The notes: a model not told the origin generated them from the letters alone. Counted from the first letter of the stretch, positions 34,871-52,212 are shown. The stretch is DNA of 64,000 nucleotides from Tricharina praecox (GCF_024521635.1 NW_026250407.1:434001-498000); one strand, 5' to 3'. Translations and numbers: made by a program.

Positions 34871-37127
34871 AAGTAGAGCGTCTCTGTATGTACCTTATAG
34901 AGTACATAGGTGAGATCAACGCCTCTACACGCAGTAGGTACTCTACCAAGGGACCAGAAACGGCGCCTAAGACTCTACTCCGAATCCGGCCTCTACTAAG
35001 TACGCGGGCGTGTAAAGTACGTATCCGCTGCACAGCCGCGCGTAACCACCTACCTACTTGTACTTACCTGATTGGAGACTCGGACTTTGCGATTACATAT
35101 TACCTACCGTATCCAGCGTTACTGTGCTATGGCTTTGCTGGTTGGGAATGGGAATGGTAATGGGAGTGCAGACTGTGCAGTGCGTAAGCTGGGCAAGGAA
35201 GGGCCATCCACGCTGATGGGGCTGTGTGCGGAACGAGTATGTAGTGCCGGTAGTGACGGTGGATGCGCACTCTGGATTCGATGGCATCCTTCCTACAGGT
35301 TACCTTGTAATTTGCAGTACAGTCCACAGGAGTCCGAGTCGCTGCGATGGATCCCTTGCGTATCGCCCAACCATGGAGGCACAAATACTCCTCACCGCGG
35401 ACGCCAGGTGTGTTCGTGCAGTGCAGTGCAAGGGTGCTCGTGCTCGTGCTCGTGATCGGTGATTACTCTGCTAGCGCCTATACTAATCACAGTGCGCGGG
35501 TGCTCGTGATTCGTGATTCGTGATCTACTTATATGTGCCAATCACAGTGCGAGCGCCGGGACGTCCCGTCTCCAACGGCGCCAAACTAGCCGCCGCCGAA
35601 ACGAACCAAAGCTCGGCCACGCCCGACGCTGCCTGCCAGCGGCGGCTAACATAGGTACCTAGCCAGCCCCAGTGCCCCACACCACACCGATAGCAACCGA
35701 CATGATAAGTACTCGCACATACATTACATGTAAGCACGATTCTTCTCGAACAGGGCCAGAATGTTCGACGCGTGATGATGCTGATGCTTCATTTCCCTCA
35801 TCTCCGTCGCATCGAGTGTGTGCAGCTGCAAAGCTGCAAAGCATCACCCCGCGCCCCCGCACCCGGAGCATCCGCCCATCCCCTATCATATCCGCCCTGT
35901 GTAGAGTATGTACGTAGAATACCGTATGTAGGAAACATCATCTACCGAGCACATCATATCCACATCCACATCCACATCCACATACATCCACCATCGTCCC
36001 GAGATCCACTTCCCCGGCTCCCTGTCCCCCGGCTCCCCGCAATCACGACGGGCGAAAAGCGGGGAGATGGCCAGGCCTTGCAAGAGCTTAGATCACCCGT
36101 CACCTTTTTGCAGCGCTTGCTTCGCTGACGGGTATCAAAGATATCAAAGAAAAGTGCAAACGAAACGAATACATGAGTGGGTATGATGTTTCTATGTACG
36201 CGTTTTGGTTGTGATGCGAAAGCTGAAGCTGAAGCTGTGTGTGTGGGTGGGTGTGACCTGAGTGCGGCGGTGGAGATGAGCGCGAGCACTGAGCAGGAGC
36301 AATGAGGCACGAGCTGCTGGTTAATGGTGGAAAGGTGGAAAGGGGGTGCGGCTGCGGCGCGCCGTAGTGCATGAAGAACTATTATCAGCCAGAAGTGAAG
36401 AACGATTGTTCCAACTTCCAAAGCGATGGGAACGAACAACCCCAGGATCTGCCTAAAGTATCGATCGAGTACCTGCCCAATACTTGTTGCCCTGAGGAAC
36501 CCTCCTCCTCCTCCTTCTCGCTTCACCAGGCTCCATTCTTCAGCGGGCGGAATTGCAGCCCGTTGATCGCGCCGCAAGGCCTGAGATCTCTGTGACTGTC
36601 CATCTGTACGTAGTATCATGGACTGGCACAGTGCAGTGCCCGTCTCAGTCGTTTGCTGCCATCAGCTGCCGGCCGAGTCGCACCGCCGCTGACTTCCAGG
36701 AGTGATCATATGAGCGCCAGGAATGACAGACACGGATGCGCTGTCTGAGTACCAATCCGCAGCGGGCTAGATACTCCAGATGTACCCCACAGCCCCAGCC
36801 CACACCGCCGGGCGCCGCCTAGGGTAGCATGTGTGGAGAAGGAGATCAGACGCCAGGGGTAACTGCGTTGCAGGGTGCTTAGTAGCACTCCTGACTCCTG
36901 AGACCCGTCCTCCACTCTCCGCGCTGTGGCTGTGGCCTGGGATTGGCCAGAGCACCGTGTACTTGCCATTCATGCTTGCCGTTGGTTCCAAGATAGGTAC
37001 CAGTGCTCTCCTCAGCTTATAACTACCGCCGGCGTCCGTCGTCTGTGAAGTGACAGATATTCCGATTCATGCTGCTTTGCGTACCCTCGACCGGCCCGTT
37101 TCCTTCTGTCCGATATCCGCCATCTGA

Positions 37128-38187
<1,060 letters not shown>

Positions 38188-38765
38188 GATTTGGGTTTCG
38201 CTTGGGCTGCATGGAGTTGTGAATTTGGTCGGGTTGGATTCCCTTGGGTTTAATAGGTTGGGTCTGTTTCTTTTTTGGCTTTTAGCTCTGGTGACTACAT
38301 TTTGTTTCGACGTTTCCTTTGTTAGTATACCACGGTGGTAGGAGTAGAGCACTTAAATACCAAGAGCCCGGCGTAGAGAAGGGGAGGAGGAAGAGGGGGA
38401 GGAGAAGGAGAATATGAAGTAAAACTGAAGTCATCGTGATCCCAGTGCGAGCGAGCGAGCGGGTAAATCCAAAAAGTAGTGGCTTTACTCTACCGTGCAA
38501 GGGATCACGTTCTGAACGCGACTTCCCGCCAGCTTGAATCAATTGTCTCTCGGAACCACCGCAACGCATCGTTCCATACCTATCCACGTCCATCCCCCAG
38601 CAAGCCACACACCTGCACCACCACCACCATTGCGATCATGAGCAGCACGCGCTCTCAATAATTGAATCATCATATTAAACAGCAACACCCCACCCCACAC
38701 ACACACACGCCCGCCCGCCCCACCACACCACACCACCGCCGCCTCGGGCACCCACCACTACCACA

Positions 38766-41700
38766 ATGCCCGAAATCTACACCGAGCTCACCCCGGCGAC
38801 GTCGGTCACGCACTCCCTCACCCTCCCCTTTACCTCGCCGACGGCCTCGAACCTCCTAATCGCGAAAACCAACATCCTGCAAATCTTCACGACGACCAGC
38901 GTGCCCACGGAGCTGACATTGGCGCCGTCGACGCCCGACGCGGCGGCAGCGGCGGGGGCGGGGGGCGGGATCGACCGGCGCGACGAAGAGCAAGGCGACT
39001 TCTCGGCAGAGCTGACGCTGCAGCGGAGCCAAGTCGAGGATGTGGCGAAGCTGGTGCTGGTGGCGGAGTTCACGCTCGCGGGTGAGATCGCGGGCATGGT
39101 CCGCGTCACCCCCGCCGAGCGGTCTCGCGGCAACGCCGCGGGCGATATGCTCCTCGTAGCCGTCAGGGACGCGAAGTTGAGTCTGCTGCTGTGGAACAAG
39201 GAGAGGTTCGCCGTCGAGACGGTTAGTCTGCATTATTATGAGAGGGACGAGTTTGCGAGCCCCGTGGTGGGCGAGGGCTTGCCGAGTCAGCTCGTCGCGG
39301 ATCCGGGGATGAGGGCGGTTGCGTTGAGGTTCGCCGGGGATATGTTGGCTGTGCTGCCGGTGAGGCAGGATGGTGAGGATGAGGAGATGCTGGATGGGTC
39401 TGAGGGAGAGGAGGAGGAGGAGGAGGAGCCCCTCGAGGATGATGTGGTTATGGCGGAGAGCGGCGTGATGGATGATACCGAGGACTGGGATCCCACTGCG
39501 CCGGATGAGCCGGAGAATGGCGGGAGGAAGCCGGAGATGTCGAGGGGAAAGAAGAAGAAGGAGAAAGCCGATAAGATGGATCTGCCGTTTCTGCCGAGTT
39601 TTGTGGTCAACGCCTCACAGTTGGATGATGCGATCAGCCATGTGCTGTCATTGACTTTCCTACACGAGTATCGTGAACCGACACTTGGAATCCTCTACTC
39701 GCCGAGGTGGACGTGGACAGGGTGGCTGGAGCAGCGGAAAGATACCACCTGCTACATCGTCATCACCTTGGACCTGGATCAAAAGGCATCGACTCCCATT
39801 ATCAGCGTTCAGGGACTGCCATACGATCTGTTTAAAGTAGTACCGCTCACGCCACCGATCGGCGGAAGTTTGTTGCTCGGTGCGAACGAACTCATCCACG
39901 TCGACCAGGCCGGAAAATCCACCGGAGTAGCAGTGAACCAGTTCGCAAAGCGAACAACCAACTTCGCCGGGCTGGCAGATCAGAGCGATCTCTGCCTCGC
40001 GCTTGAAGGCTCAACGATAGTGGAGCTGGACGGCGAAGGAGGCGATCTCCTCCTCATCACGAAAGAGGGCACAGCTGTCATTGTTGGTTTCCGCATGGAC
40101 GGTAGAAACGTCTCGGGCGTGAAGGTTACAAAGATTGCAAACCATCCGGGACCGCTCGTTGGTGGGCTGGCTACTACTGCAACGTCACTAGGCGGGCGGA
40201 GGCTATTCGTGGGTTGCGATGAGGGCGACGCGAGAATACTGAAATGGCGGCGGAAAGGAGAAAAGAAGAAGGCGATCATGCCGGGCCTAGACGAGGGGCT
40301 GGAGGAGCACGAGGTCGAGGATATCTACAATATGCTGGACGATGTCGATGACGACCTCTATGGCGGCAGCTCGACGGACTTGAGTGGTGCGAGGAAGGAC
40401 AACACATTTACGGATGCAAAAGTCGGTGATCACAGGGCAACGGGTGAGTATGTGTTTCAGACGCACGATCGGATCGTCAATCTGGGTCCCTTCAGAAGCA
40501 TTTCCATGGGACGCCCAACATTCCCGCTTGATTCCTTGGAGAAGCAGAGGGGCGTGGTACCGGAATTGGAAATCATCGCCACATCGGGACCTACAAATAC
40601 TCCCGAAGACGCTGGATTATCACTGATACGTCGCTCCGTTGCTCCCACCATCATCGGACACTTTGCTTTTCCGGCGTGCAGGGGCTTATGGACCGTCAGA
40701 GCTAAGAGCCTGAAGGCACCAAGCCCCACGGAAGCAGCAACAGGACAGGAAGGTCTAACGCCAAACGTGGACGAAGAGTACGACCGGTACCTCTTCGTCT
40801 CCAAGGCAAGTGATAGTCAAGTATTCAAGGTCGGAGATGCGTTTGAGGAGCTTCACGGATCAGATTTTGATTCAGACGGGGCTACGCTGGAAGTGGGAGT
40901 GCTTGGAGAGGGGGCGCGGATCGTGCGCGTTGTCAGTCAGCAGGTTATTGTTTATGATTGCGGTGCGTGTGATTCCCTCCTGTGTGCTATAGGAATAAAG
41001 ATCTGTTATTCCCCTGGACGTGATGGGTGTTTTTTTTAGAGTGTGCTTTGCGTCTCTTCCACTTGTGACGGTTTTGCTGATGGTGAACGTGTGAAGATAT
41101 GCAGCTCTCCCAGATTGTGCCGATGGATGAAGAGGAGACTGGTGAAGAGGGCCCTGCAATTACCAGTGCCAAGATCCTGGACCCGTATGTGATATTGCTG
41201 AGAGTCGACGGTAGTGTGCTGGTGTACAAGCTGGATAAGAGCATGGAGCTCGCCGAGGAGGAGAGGGAAGGCATCAAGGTACGCCAGCTCGAGTCTTTAT
41301 TAGGATGTGGCTGATTGATCCATCAGGGCACCAAATACAAGTCTGGATGTCTCTACAAGGCTCGGGCGGGAGAGCTGCTCCCAGCAACGGAAGCGAGAGA
41401 TACAGATTATATTCTCACCCTTTTGACCGAAGATCAGACATTACAGGTGATTCTACCCCCAACGGACCGCGTCATGGCTACGGGGACTGATTTATAGTCT
41501 AGATCTTCAACCTCCTGGATTTAAACACGCCTATATTCACAGCAGGGCACTTCAGTACACTACCTCCACTGCTGAAGCAGCAAACACAATCAGCACCCAC
41601 CTCACCAAAGACAACCACCGCCTCTGCCGCCGCGTCGGCAACAGAAGACATCGCCGAGGCCCTGCTCGCCGATCTGGGTGACCATGCATCCCGGGAACCA

Positions 41701-43399
41701 TATCTCATCGTCCGCAGTTCGCAAGACGACATCACATTCTACAAAGCCTTCCTCACTCCGACCTCCCTTGCATTCACCAAAACCGCCAATCCCATCATTT
41801 CCACACCCAGGCTAAACCTGGCAGAAACACCGCTTTTCCGCCCGATGGTGGCTATGGAAAATGTCGGCGGCTACGCTTGTGTCTTCCTTCCCGGCGTGGA
41901 CCCAGCATTCATCATGAAGACGGCAAAAAGCATACCGCGTCTGCATCGTCTCGCGGGCACTGCAGTCCGTGCGATATCATCGTTCCACACGGCGAGTGCA
42001 GACCGCGGATTCGTCTACGTCGATGTGGCAGGCGGCGTCAGAGTCGCCTTACTCCCACAGGACTGGAACTTCGACAACCCCTTCCATGCAAAGAAGATCT
42101 ATCTTGGCGAGTCTCTGCGTGCCGTAGCCTGGTACGATCCGATGAGCGTGTGCATAGCAGCGACCACGAAGCGGGTCCCCTTCAGCATAGAAGAGGACGA
42201 CGGGGCAGCCACGCCCGACGACTCACAACTAAAACCCACTATCGACTCGGGCGCAGTCGTAATTATCTCGCCGCTGACATGGACAGTAGTGGATCGGTAT
42301 CCCTTCGCACACAATGAGGTGGCGCTGATAGTGCAGACCATCTCCCTCGAGGTATCGGAGCACACCAAGGAGCGCCGCCAGCTCGTCACTGTAGGAACAG
42401 GAATCTTTAGAGGAGAAGACCACTCTGCGCGCGGCGGGATCTATGTCTTTGAGGTGATCGAGGTCGTTCCGGAGCCTGGAAAACCAGAGACCAACAGAAA
42501 ACTCAAGCTTGTCACCAGAGAGGAGGTTAAGGGCACCGTCTCTGCGCTCTGCGGCGTGAACGGCTATCTCCTAGCCGCGCAAGGCCAGAAAATCATGGTC
42601 CGCGGACTCAAGGAAGATCAATCACTGCTGCCGGTGGCGTTCATGGACATGAACTGCTACGTCACAGTCGCGAAGAACTTTGGCGGACTCGTGCTCTTTG
42701 GAGACTTTGCCAAGAGTGTCTGGTTCACTGGGTTCTCCGAAGAGCCGTACAAGATGACGCTGTTTGGGAAGGACACGCAGGAGATCCGCGTCGTTGCCGC
42801 GGACTTCTTGCCGGATGGCCGCCAGCTGTTTTTTGTCGTCGCGGACGCGAACGGAGACGTCCACGTGCTGCAGTACGATCCTGAACGTGAATTCCACCAA
42901 CCACCCTCCTTCTCTGTGTGTGCGCGATGCTAACAATCCATAAACAGATCCGAAATCCCTCGCGGGCCAACGCCTAATCCACCGCTGCGCCTTCCACTCC
43001 CCGCACGAGATCCTCTCCCTCACCCTCCTCCCGCGGACGCCGACCACGCCCTCCGCCGCATCGGAGGAGCAGTACCTGCTGCTTGCAGCCACCCGCACCG
43101 GCGCGCTCGCGCTCATCACCACAGTCCCGGAGAACTCCTACCGGCGGCTGAACCAGCTACAGAACCAAGTCGTAGTGGGCGAGGAGCACGTTGCGGGGCT
43201 GAATCCGAAGGCGTTCCGTCACGTCCCTACGGGCACGGGAGAGTTTCTGCGCGGAGTCCTCGATAGGGGGCTGCTGGAGAGGTGGGTCGGTATGCAGACT
43301 GGGAAGAAGCGCGAGGTGGCGGAGCGCGCGGGACTGGAGGTCGATGCGGCGAGGGAGTGGGTTAGGAGTGTCGGAGAGGGCGCGTTGACGTACTTGTAG
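38766..43399 (+). CDS. CFT1: Cleavage and polyadenylation specificity factor subunit 1 (CPSF160/Cft1)
   Basis: YTELTPATSVTHS, ETVSLHYYE, FLHEYREPTLGIL, GANELIHVDQAGK, EEVKGTVSAL, AAQGQK, VLQYDPE, AGLNPKAFR. Introns 40963-41096, 41279-41326, 41447-41502 and 42887-42947. Confidence 0.95.
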
Positions 43400-44006
43400 G
43401 TTGTAGGGTTGGAAGTTGTTGATGGGGGGTGAGGGGGTGGGAGGATACCATTGGAGGGAGGGGCTGGGGTGGGTGATGGGTGATAAGGTTTTAGATCGGA
43501 ACGGATATGGATATGAGATGTGATGGGGTTTATGATTACCGCTGTGCTATGCTATGTACCTGCGCAAGACTGCTGTGCGCCATCCATCCATCCACCAGTC
43601 GTTCGGCGATAGAGCTGGATTTGTGTATGTACCTAGGTGACGATGATATCATGAGATGACAGCGAGAGAGGTTTAGACGGAAGGAGAGTATTGAATTTGG
43701 TATTGGGTATCAGCAAGTCAAGTTCACACCATCGCCAACCTCTTAGGTCAGAATGGGGTTTGATAACGGCTATTGGTGATACACCCCTCAGGTGTAAAAG
43801 GCTGGCCGCTGGGGGTGTGCCCCCGCAGATGAAATACACCCCAAATTCTTAGTCGAGTATTGAGTGAGAGCAAATAGGCACCACCAAATAGCAACAGCAT
43901 TAGGCGGAATCTCGTGTATGGTATGGTAGTGGGGCAGCCTTCAATGAAAAAAGTGCGTTTTCAGCACCATTACCACCACCACTGTCAATGTAAAATATAT
44001 GTGAAA

Positions 44007-44090
44007 GAGAAGATTGAGAAGATTGAGAAGTGGAAGGGGAAGATTGAGAAGATTGAAAAGATTGAAAAGCGGAAGAGGAAGATGAAGAGG
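44007..44090. repeat. Purine-rich 9-bp tandem repeat (GAGAAGATT)n, degenerate
   Basis: agagaagattgagaagattgagaagtggaaggggaagattgagaagattgaaaagattgaaaag. Confidence 0.75.
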
Positions 44091-45118
44091 AATGGAATTC
44101 CCGAAGTGAGCCTGCGTCACGAAGATAACGCAAGAAATGAATGAGGGATGTTGAGAGTCAATGACAGTAGCAGGTCTAAACACAAAGCAAGAGACACCAC
44201 TGTAGATAAACAATAACCAAAGACAATAGACGGTCCAGTCCAGACACTGGTGGAGTTTCTCGCCACTCGCGCTCCTTTCCTTCAGCTACGAGCTTTCGAT
44301 CAGTTGCGGGGACGGATGACGGATGACGGAGTAAGTAGTCACCAAAGTCGAGTCAAGGCGCAAGAAGTGGAATAGGAATAGTGATTACGCTTCCTCGGTA
44401 AATACCGTATTGACCTCTATGATCGCCCACCGATAACCTCAAGTCCAAGCCATTGATAGTTCGAACAACAATCCACGAATTCGACTGGCTGGGAGTGATG
44501 TGAAGCCGGCACCTGGTGATCCCGCAATGTATCACTCGCTTTTGGGCTTCTGCCACGGCATAGATCCTGATTCCTACCTCATAGTAGTTTCCCGGTCTTG
44601 CAGCTGTTATTGGCAGACAGTCCGGATCAGTGCCTGGTACTCTAATTTGCCTGGGTGATACCCGATGCTCTGGCCTTAAGTGTTTGGAATTCACTTGGTA
44701 TCTATCGCTTTCGCTCTCGTGCTTTCAACAGATGCACACGGCACAAATGACGGGTAAAACATCTAGATATCCACGCTTAAACCTCGCCTCGGCGTCCCAC
44801 TCACTCCGAAGTCTACACTACCTACACTACCTACTACAAAGTTACTGGAAGTCTGGAACCCCCGAGCTCACCAATAACGCACCAACAAGAGCCGGAAAAA
44901 AAACGAAAGAAAGAACGGTAGAAAGTATAAGACAAGCTATAACAAGAAAAACTGCTGCATGGAGGGGGCATATCTTCAACCACATCGTCAAAACCATGCT
45001 TGCAAATTTCGCCCTACAAGATAATGTGACGCTGGATGCAGAAAAAAAATGTGAAGTGTAACAATCGACCTCTTCCCTCATCCCCCATTCAGTCGGGTAT
45101 TCGCCGCGTTCCCTCACG

Positions 45119-47145
<2,027 letters not shown>

Positions 47146-47321
47146 CGTGAAAGTCGGATTCCTTTAAGGAATAGCTCCTTGATTATTGCCGTTGGAGGGC
47201 GGAGTGCGGACTACGACCGATCGAAGTTTTGGGCAGCAACTGCTTACAGCACCGAATGCGAAGTAGGTATCGAGATGCGTACTATCCTAACTGTGACGGT
47301 AGATGACACAGCTTCTGCCTT

Positions 47322-47530
47322 CTGTTGAAGGTCAGAACATTATTCCAAAATAAGGGGCGTTGAGCTTGAATGTGTGCGGGGATCGGTATTGAACCGCGAT
47401 GAAAGGCAACCGGGCATCAACAGACAACCCAGTGGAGTGCAGATCTGAAGTCCGCAGAGACCAAAGAGAGTATAGACGATACTTGGAGCAGAGTGGAACA
47501 AGCAGCAGAACAGTTGCTATAGTGACTTAC
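47322..47530 (-). other. Probable 5'-UTR intron of the NDR kinase gene
   Basis: Minus-strand GTAAGT donor at 47530, CTGAC branch near 47333 and CAG acceptor at 47322, upstream of the ATG at 47145. Confidence 0.55.
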
Positions 47531-49084
47531 TTAAGGGAACAGTTGCACAGCGCTAGGGAGTAAAAGGTGACTGTGGGAGAAGTTGAAGATGAAGATGGCG
47601 AGGAATATGGTAGGGGAAGATCGGGTTGTTGAAAGAAGAGGAGGAATGGAGTAGGTAGGTTGAATGGTGAGTGAGCAATTGGTTGTTGGCTGCTGCTTTG
47701 TCGCTGCCGCTACCGCTGGTGTATCGAGGAGTTCCGGGAGACGGGGGTTGGTTGGTATGAGATGTGTCGAAGTGGTGGATAGATTTCCTGAGTCCTGACA
47801 CTTGGAGCGAGGGGGGGCGTTGACCGGCCGGCAAGGTTCAGTCTAGTTCGGGTCAAGACAGCCGGGTTTATGGTCAGGAGCGAGAGAGAGGCAGCGAATG
47901 CCAGTGCGAGGCAAAGGCAGCGAAAGACGGAGCTTCGGATTGAGTGATATACACCAAAGGTCTCAATTAGAGTGCTGGGAAGATGTTGACAGCCTCCGTC
48001 ACGTCGCCAGGCCTGTCGAGACAACAGAGCACTGTGCAGAAACGGTGGCCGAAGAACTGTAGAGGTACTCTAGTATAGGTAATACGTAGCGGCATATCAA
48101 TCGCACCCTCTCTTAGCCCCGACAAAAACGGCGGCCACATCTCTCATCGACGATGCACTCCCCATACCTTCGCTCAGGGTTGCAACGGAGTCTGAAGAAG
48201 CAGGGCATCAGTCCAGGGTATGCTTGGAGATGGCATATCGTGTACAGGCACCTAATGTGTCTACTTGCTTACCTAAGTATGTACTTTGCTCTACGCACTT
48301 CCGGGCAAACGCGTTAGGCGCGGACGTGGAAGAACCGAAGAATCGAGAAAGACACTCGGGCCGTTGTAGATTTAACTTCGCACATGCGGTGGCTCACTTC
48401 CTGCAGGCTGTCATGCCAGCGTCGATAACTTGCTTCTTATTGCTGCCAGAGCTGCAATACCAAACGGTTCATGGTTCACTCTGGTGATACTCTACTCTCC
48501 CGCCGAGCAAGGTATGGCAGGTGATTCAGCTTCCCGAACTCCGAAACTGGCATGGCCGATTGCACGTTTATCCGGTGGCCATCAATGAGGAGCACAGGCC
48601 ATGTCTGCTCCTGTTCCCTACTCTCCCTTGAGAAATTACCGCTTGATCGTTCAGGCCATACCATAGTTGCTAATGCCATGGCGATGAGACCTTCGCGATC
48701 TCTACCCTAACTATTACCTATTCCAACCCCACAAGTTCGTTAGGTACATAGTAGTTCGCGGCCCAGTGAATCTGTTATTGCGATATCTTCTCCAACTATC
48801 CCGCAATCTTGAATGTATAGGATCACCGCATTCTCTCTCTGTTTTAATCGGATCCAAACATTAAACTTCAATTTGTTCTTTTGTCTGTGAATACAATGCG
48901 CTGCTGGGTTGTGCCCTAAGGTGAAGTCTTGGCATATAGTGAGTGTGGAAAAGTTTACTGGCTGCCGCCGCCCAGAAACCCAGACCATCGATAGCGGGAC
49001 ACCTCAATAACGAAAAACGAACCCCACATCTCCCCGCCGCCAACAACGAACCTCCCCAATAACGAGCAACGAATATATACCATC

Positions 49085-50345
49085 ATGGCCGCCGATAAGA
49101 CGTACGTCACTTGCTGTGTCTCGATCTCCGCGTTTGCTAATAACTCTGTTTTTCGTCTCCAGAAACCCCGCCAGTCCCCTAAAGTCCGTACGAGTCGATG
49201 CTCTTGTGGTCCTCAAGATCTGCAAGCATGCATCTTCAGCACACCCTCAGGTCGTGACCGGCCAGCTTCTTGGTATGCGCGAAATGTCTTTCCGCTCGGG
49301 ACGATGCTGTTTTTGTTTCGGCTCGCTCATGGTGCTGTGGTGTAGGAATGGACGTCGATGGCGAGCTCCAGATCACCAACTCTTTCCCGTTCCCCTCGGT
49401 TGAGGCTCCCGCATCCGACGAGAAGGGTTCATCCGGTGACGGTGCCGCCGCCGCCCCAAGGGCAAAGGCCAACACATACTACCAGACTGAGATGGTGCGG
49501 TGTCTGCGGGAAATGAACGTAGATGCCAACAGTGTTGGATGGTACCAGTCGGCTAGCCTGGGCAACTTCGTGCGTGTTCTCCGGCAGTAGGAGATATTGG
49601 ATGGTAAGCTGACAGCCAAAAACAGCTCAACACCAACTTCGTCGAGAACCAGTTCTTTTACCAGTCCTCATTGAACGAGCGAACCGTTGCGCTCGTGCAC
49701 GACACCGCGCGGTCCATCTCCGGCGCTCTCTCCCTGCGCGCCTTCCGCCTGACCCCCCAGTTCATGGCTGCCCAGAAGGAAGGAAAATTCACCGTCGAGT
49801 CCCTTCAGAAGCACAACCTGACGTACCGCGACATCCTCGTCGAGCTCCCTCTTACCATCCACAACAGCCACCTCCTCACCAGTCTCCTCCACCAGCTTGA
49901 CAACCCCGCGCCCGCGCCCCTTTCCGAGCTCTCTCTTTCCGCCCCTATGCCGCTGGCGCCCAACTTCGATGCCCTGGACCTCTCCATCGACCCCTTCCTG
50001 GAGAAGAACAGCGATCTCCTCCTCGAGTCCATCGAGACCCACTACTCGGAGGTGAACAACCAGCAGTACTACAACCGCCAGTTGGCGCGTGAGCAGACCA
50101 AGATCACGGCATGGCAGACGAAGCGGAAATCCGAGAACCAGCTGCGAGCCAGCGCCAAGCAGCCGCTTCTCCCAGAGGACGAATGGCAGCGGCTGTTCAA
50201 GCTCCCCCAGGAGCCGTCGAGACTCGAGACCCTTCTCAACAGCAAGCAGATCGAGCAGTACTCGAAGCAGATCGACGCATTCACTGCGAGTGTCTCGGCC
50301 AAGATGTTTGCCGTTAACCAGGGACTGCCGAGAACCGAGGAATAG
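49085..50345 (+). CDS. eIF3h: Eukaryotic translation initiation factor 3 subunit H (MPN domain)
   Basis: [82 protein letters not shown]. Introns 49102-49162, 49273-49346 and 49570-49625. Confidence 0.94.
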
Positions 50346-50893
50346 AAAGTCCGGTGCGTAATATGCGGGGGTTGTTTTTTTGTGCTGGAGTTGGGGAAGG
50401 GAAAATTCATGATGCCGTGCAATTGTAAAAGTTGTGTGTTTTATGTGACCTTCACCATTGAGCCACTGTCCCAATGATAATACTCATAAAATGCTTCGAA
50501 ATCCAACTCCCAAGAGAGGTACATATGACATTAAGAAGTGCTGGAGATGGGATACGCACGTACAGTCTGTTTCGCCTGTGTTCCCATGTGTAGGATTTTG
50601 TGACAGTATTTGCTCGAGTGCTTTGCTATGCATTGGCCTGTGCTTGGCATTGGCGAATGGACGGGTTAACGATAATCACAATCACCTGCTACCTATGATC
50701 CAGATCACCATACATATAGTCTTTGCAGCAGATGCTCGCCGTTCGGTATATAGGCTCTACCCGTGCTCGGCAACTCACCGCAGGTCACTCGAAAAAGCAT
50801 GAGGCTCTTGCTCCCCGGTAAAAAAAATCCTGGCCGGAACAACCATACCTCTAACAGCACCCCACCACGACCACATACCCACCCACAAACCCA

Positions 50894-52212
50894 ATGGCGA
50901 CACCACCCCCCAACGCAACGGCCATGCCGCCGCCGCCTCCACCGCCCAATGCAAAGCCTCCCCCCAAGCCCAACCCCGCCTTCGCGGCGATGGGTAACAC
51001 CCCTCACCCTCCCCATCCTTCTCCGTGCGCTGACCGTTTCCAACAGGTCTCCCCCGCCTGCGCGCCAAGCTCCCCTCGCGCAACTGGAGCATCTTCCTGG
51101 GCGTCTGCAGCGTAATCGGCAGCACCGTCGGCTACGATCGGTACCACACGAAACTGGTGAAGCAGAAGTGGATCGACACTGTGTCGCACCTATCGACGGA
51201 GCCCTTGGAGCCCATGGCGCTGCCGCGAAAAGTCACCGTCTACCTCGCGGCCCCGCCCGGCGACGGCATCCAGGCCGCTAGGGAACACTTCAGGGATTAC
51301 GTCAAGCCCCTGCTGAATGCTGCTGCAGTCGACTTTGATGTCGTCGAGGGACGTAAGATGGGCGAGTTGAGGTATAAAGTCGCAGAGGAGATCCGGGGGC
51401 GCAGGAGGGGCGATGAGGACGGTCCTGTCGAGGAGGCGAGGAAGCGCGCGGGCATCGAGAGGGTCGATGAGGGCGGAGTGATCGTCGTGGGGAGACATGC
51501 GTGGAAGGAGTATTTGAGAGGTGTGCACGAGGGGTGGTTGGGACCGCTTGAGGCGCCGCTTCCCACACCGCCGCCTCCGTCGTCGGAAATGGTGATGGAA
51601 GCCGCATCACCCGTGGTGGAATCACTCGAGGATGCTATAGCTGAGAAGACTGCGGCGGCGGTACCTGTGCTGGACCCTAAAGAGGAGGAGAAGAAAAAGA
51701 AGGAGGAGGAGAAGAAGAAGAAGGCGATTCCTGCTCCGTTCCTACTACCGAGTCAGTATGGCGCCGCTACGATGTCGGAGCAGATCCCGGGTCGCCTCGA
51801 GGCGGCTGCGGTAGTCCCATTTCCGCATATCCTGGGCTTCTTGAATACCCCAATCAGGATGTACCGGTACGTTACGAGGAGACATATGGCGGACGAGGTG
51901 TGTCGGGAGGCGGCCGCGGTGGCACTGGGTTTCCATAGGCCTTTCATCACGGCACCGGAACCGGCTGGAACATTGATGGAGCCAGAGGAGGTCGAGGATG
52001 GACTGAAGGCCACGAAGGAGACGGGGGAGATCAATGCTTTGGAACACGAAGAGGCCGATTGGCCGAGCAAGGTCTGGGACGAGGAGAGGTACAAGGGGGA
52101 GTGGACCGAGGGAGTGTCCGTCGATGGCAGGATCAGGGAGAGGCTGAGGAGGTTCTTCATCCCCACTGACAGAGAACCCAAGAGCCCTGGTGCTGCTACA
52201 AAAGAGATGTGA
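50894..52212 (+). CDS. TIM54: Mitochondrial TIM22 complex subunit Tim54
   Basis: NPAFAAMG, intron 50994-51046, then LPRLRAKLPSRNWSIFLG...YDR; PRKVTVYLAAPPGDG; VVGRHAWKEYLRGVHEGWLGP; PFPHILGFLNTPIR. Confidence 0.93.

Noticed and set aside
35954..36619. 221-aa minus-strand and 74-aa plus-strand ORFs upstream of URA6
   Set aside because: Low complexity, microsatellite-derived stretches and no recognisable domain or splice structure.
44353..45061. 113-aa and 143-aa ORFs between CFT1 and the NDR kinase
   Set aside because: No motif or codon-bias support; likely 3'-UTR or intergenic sequence.
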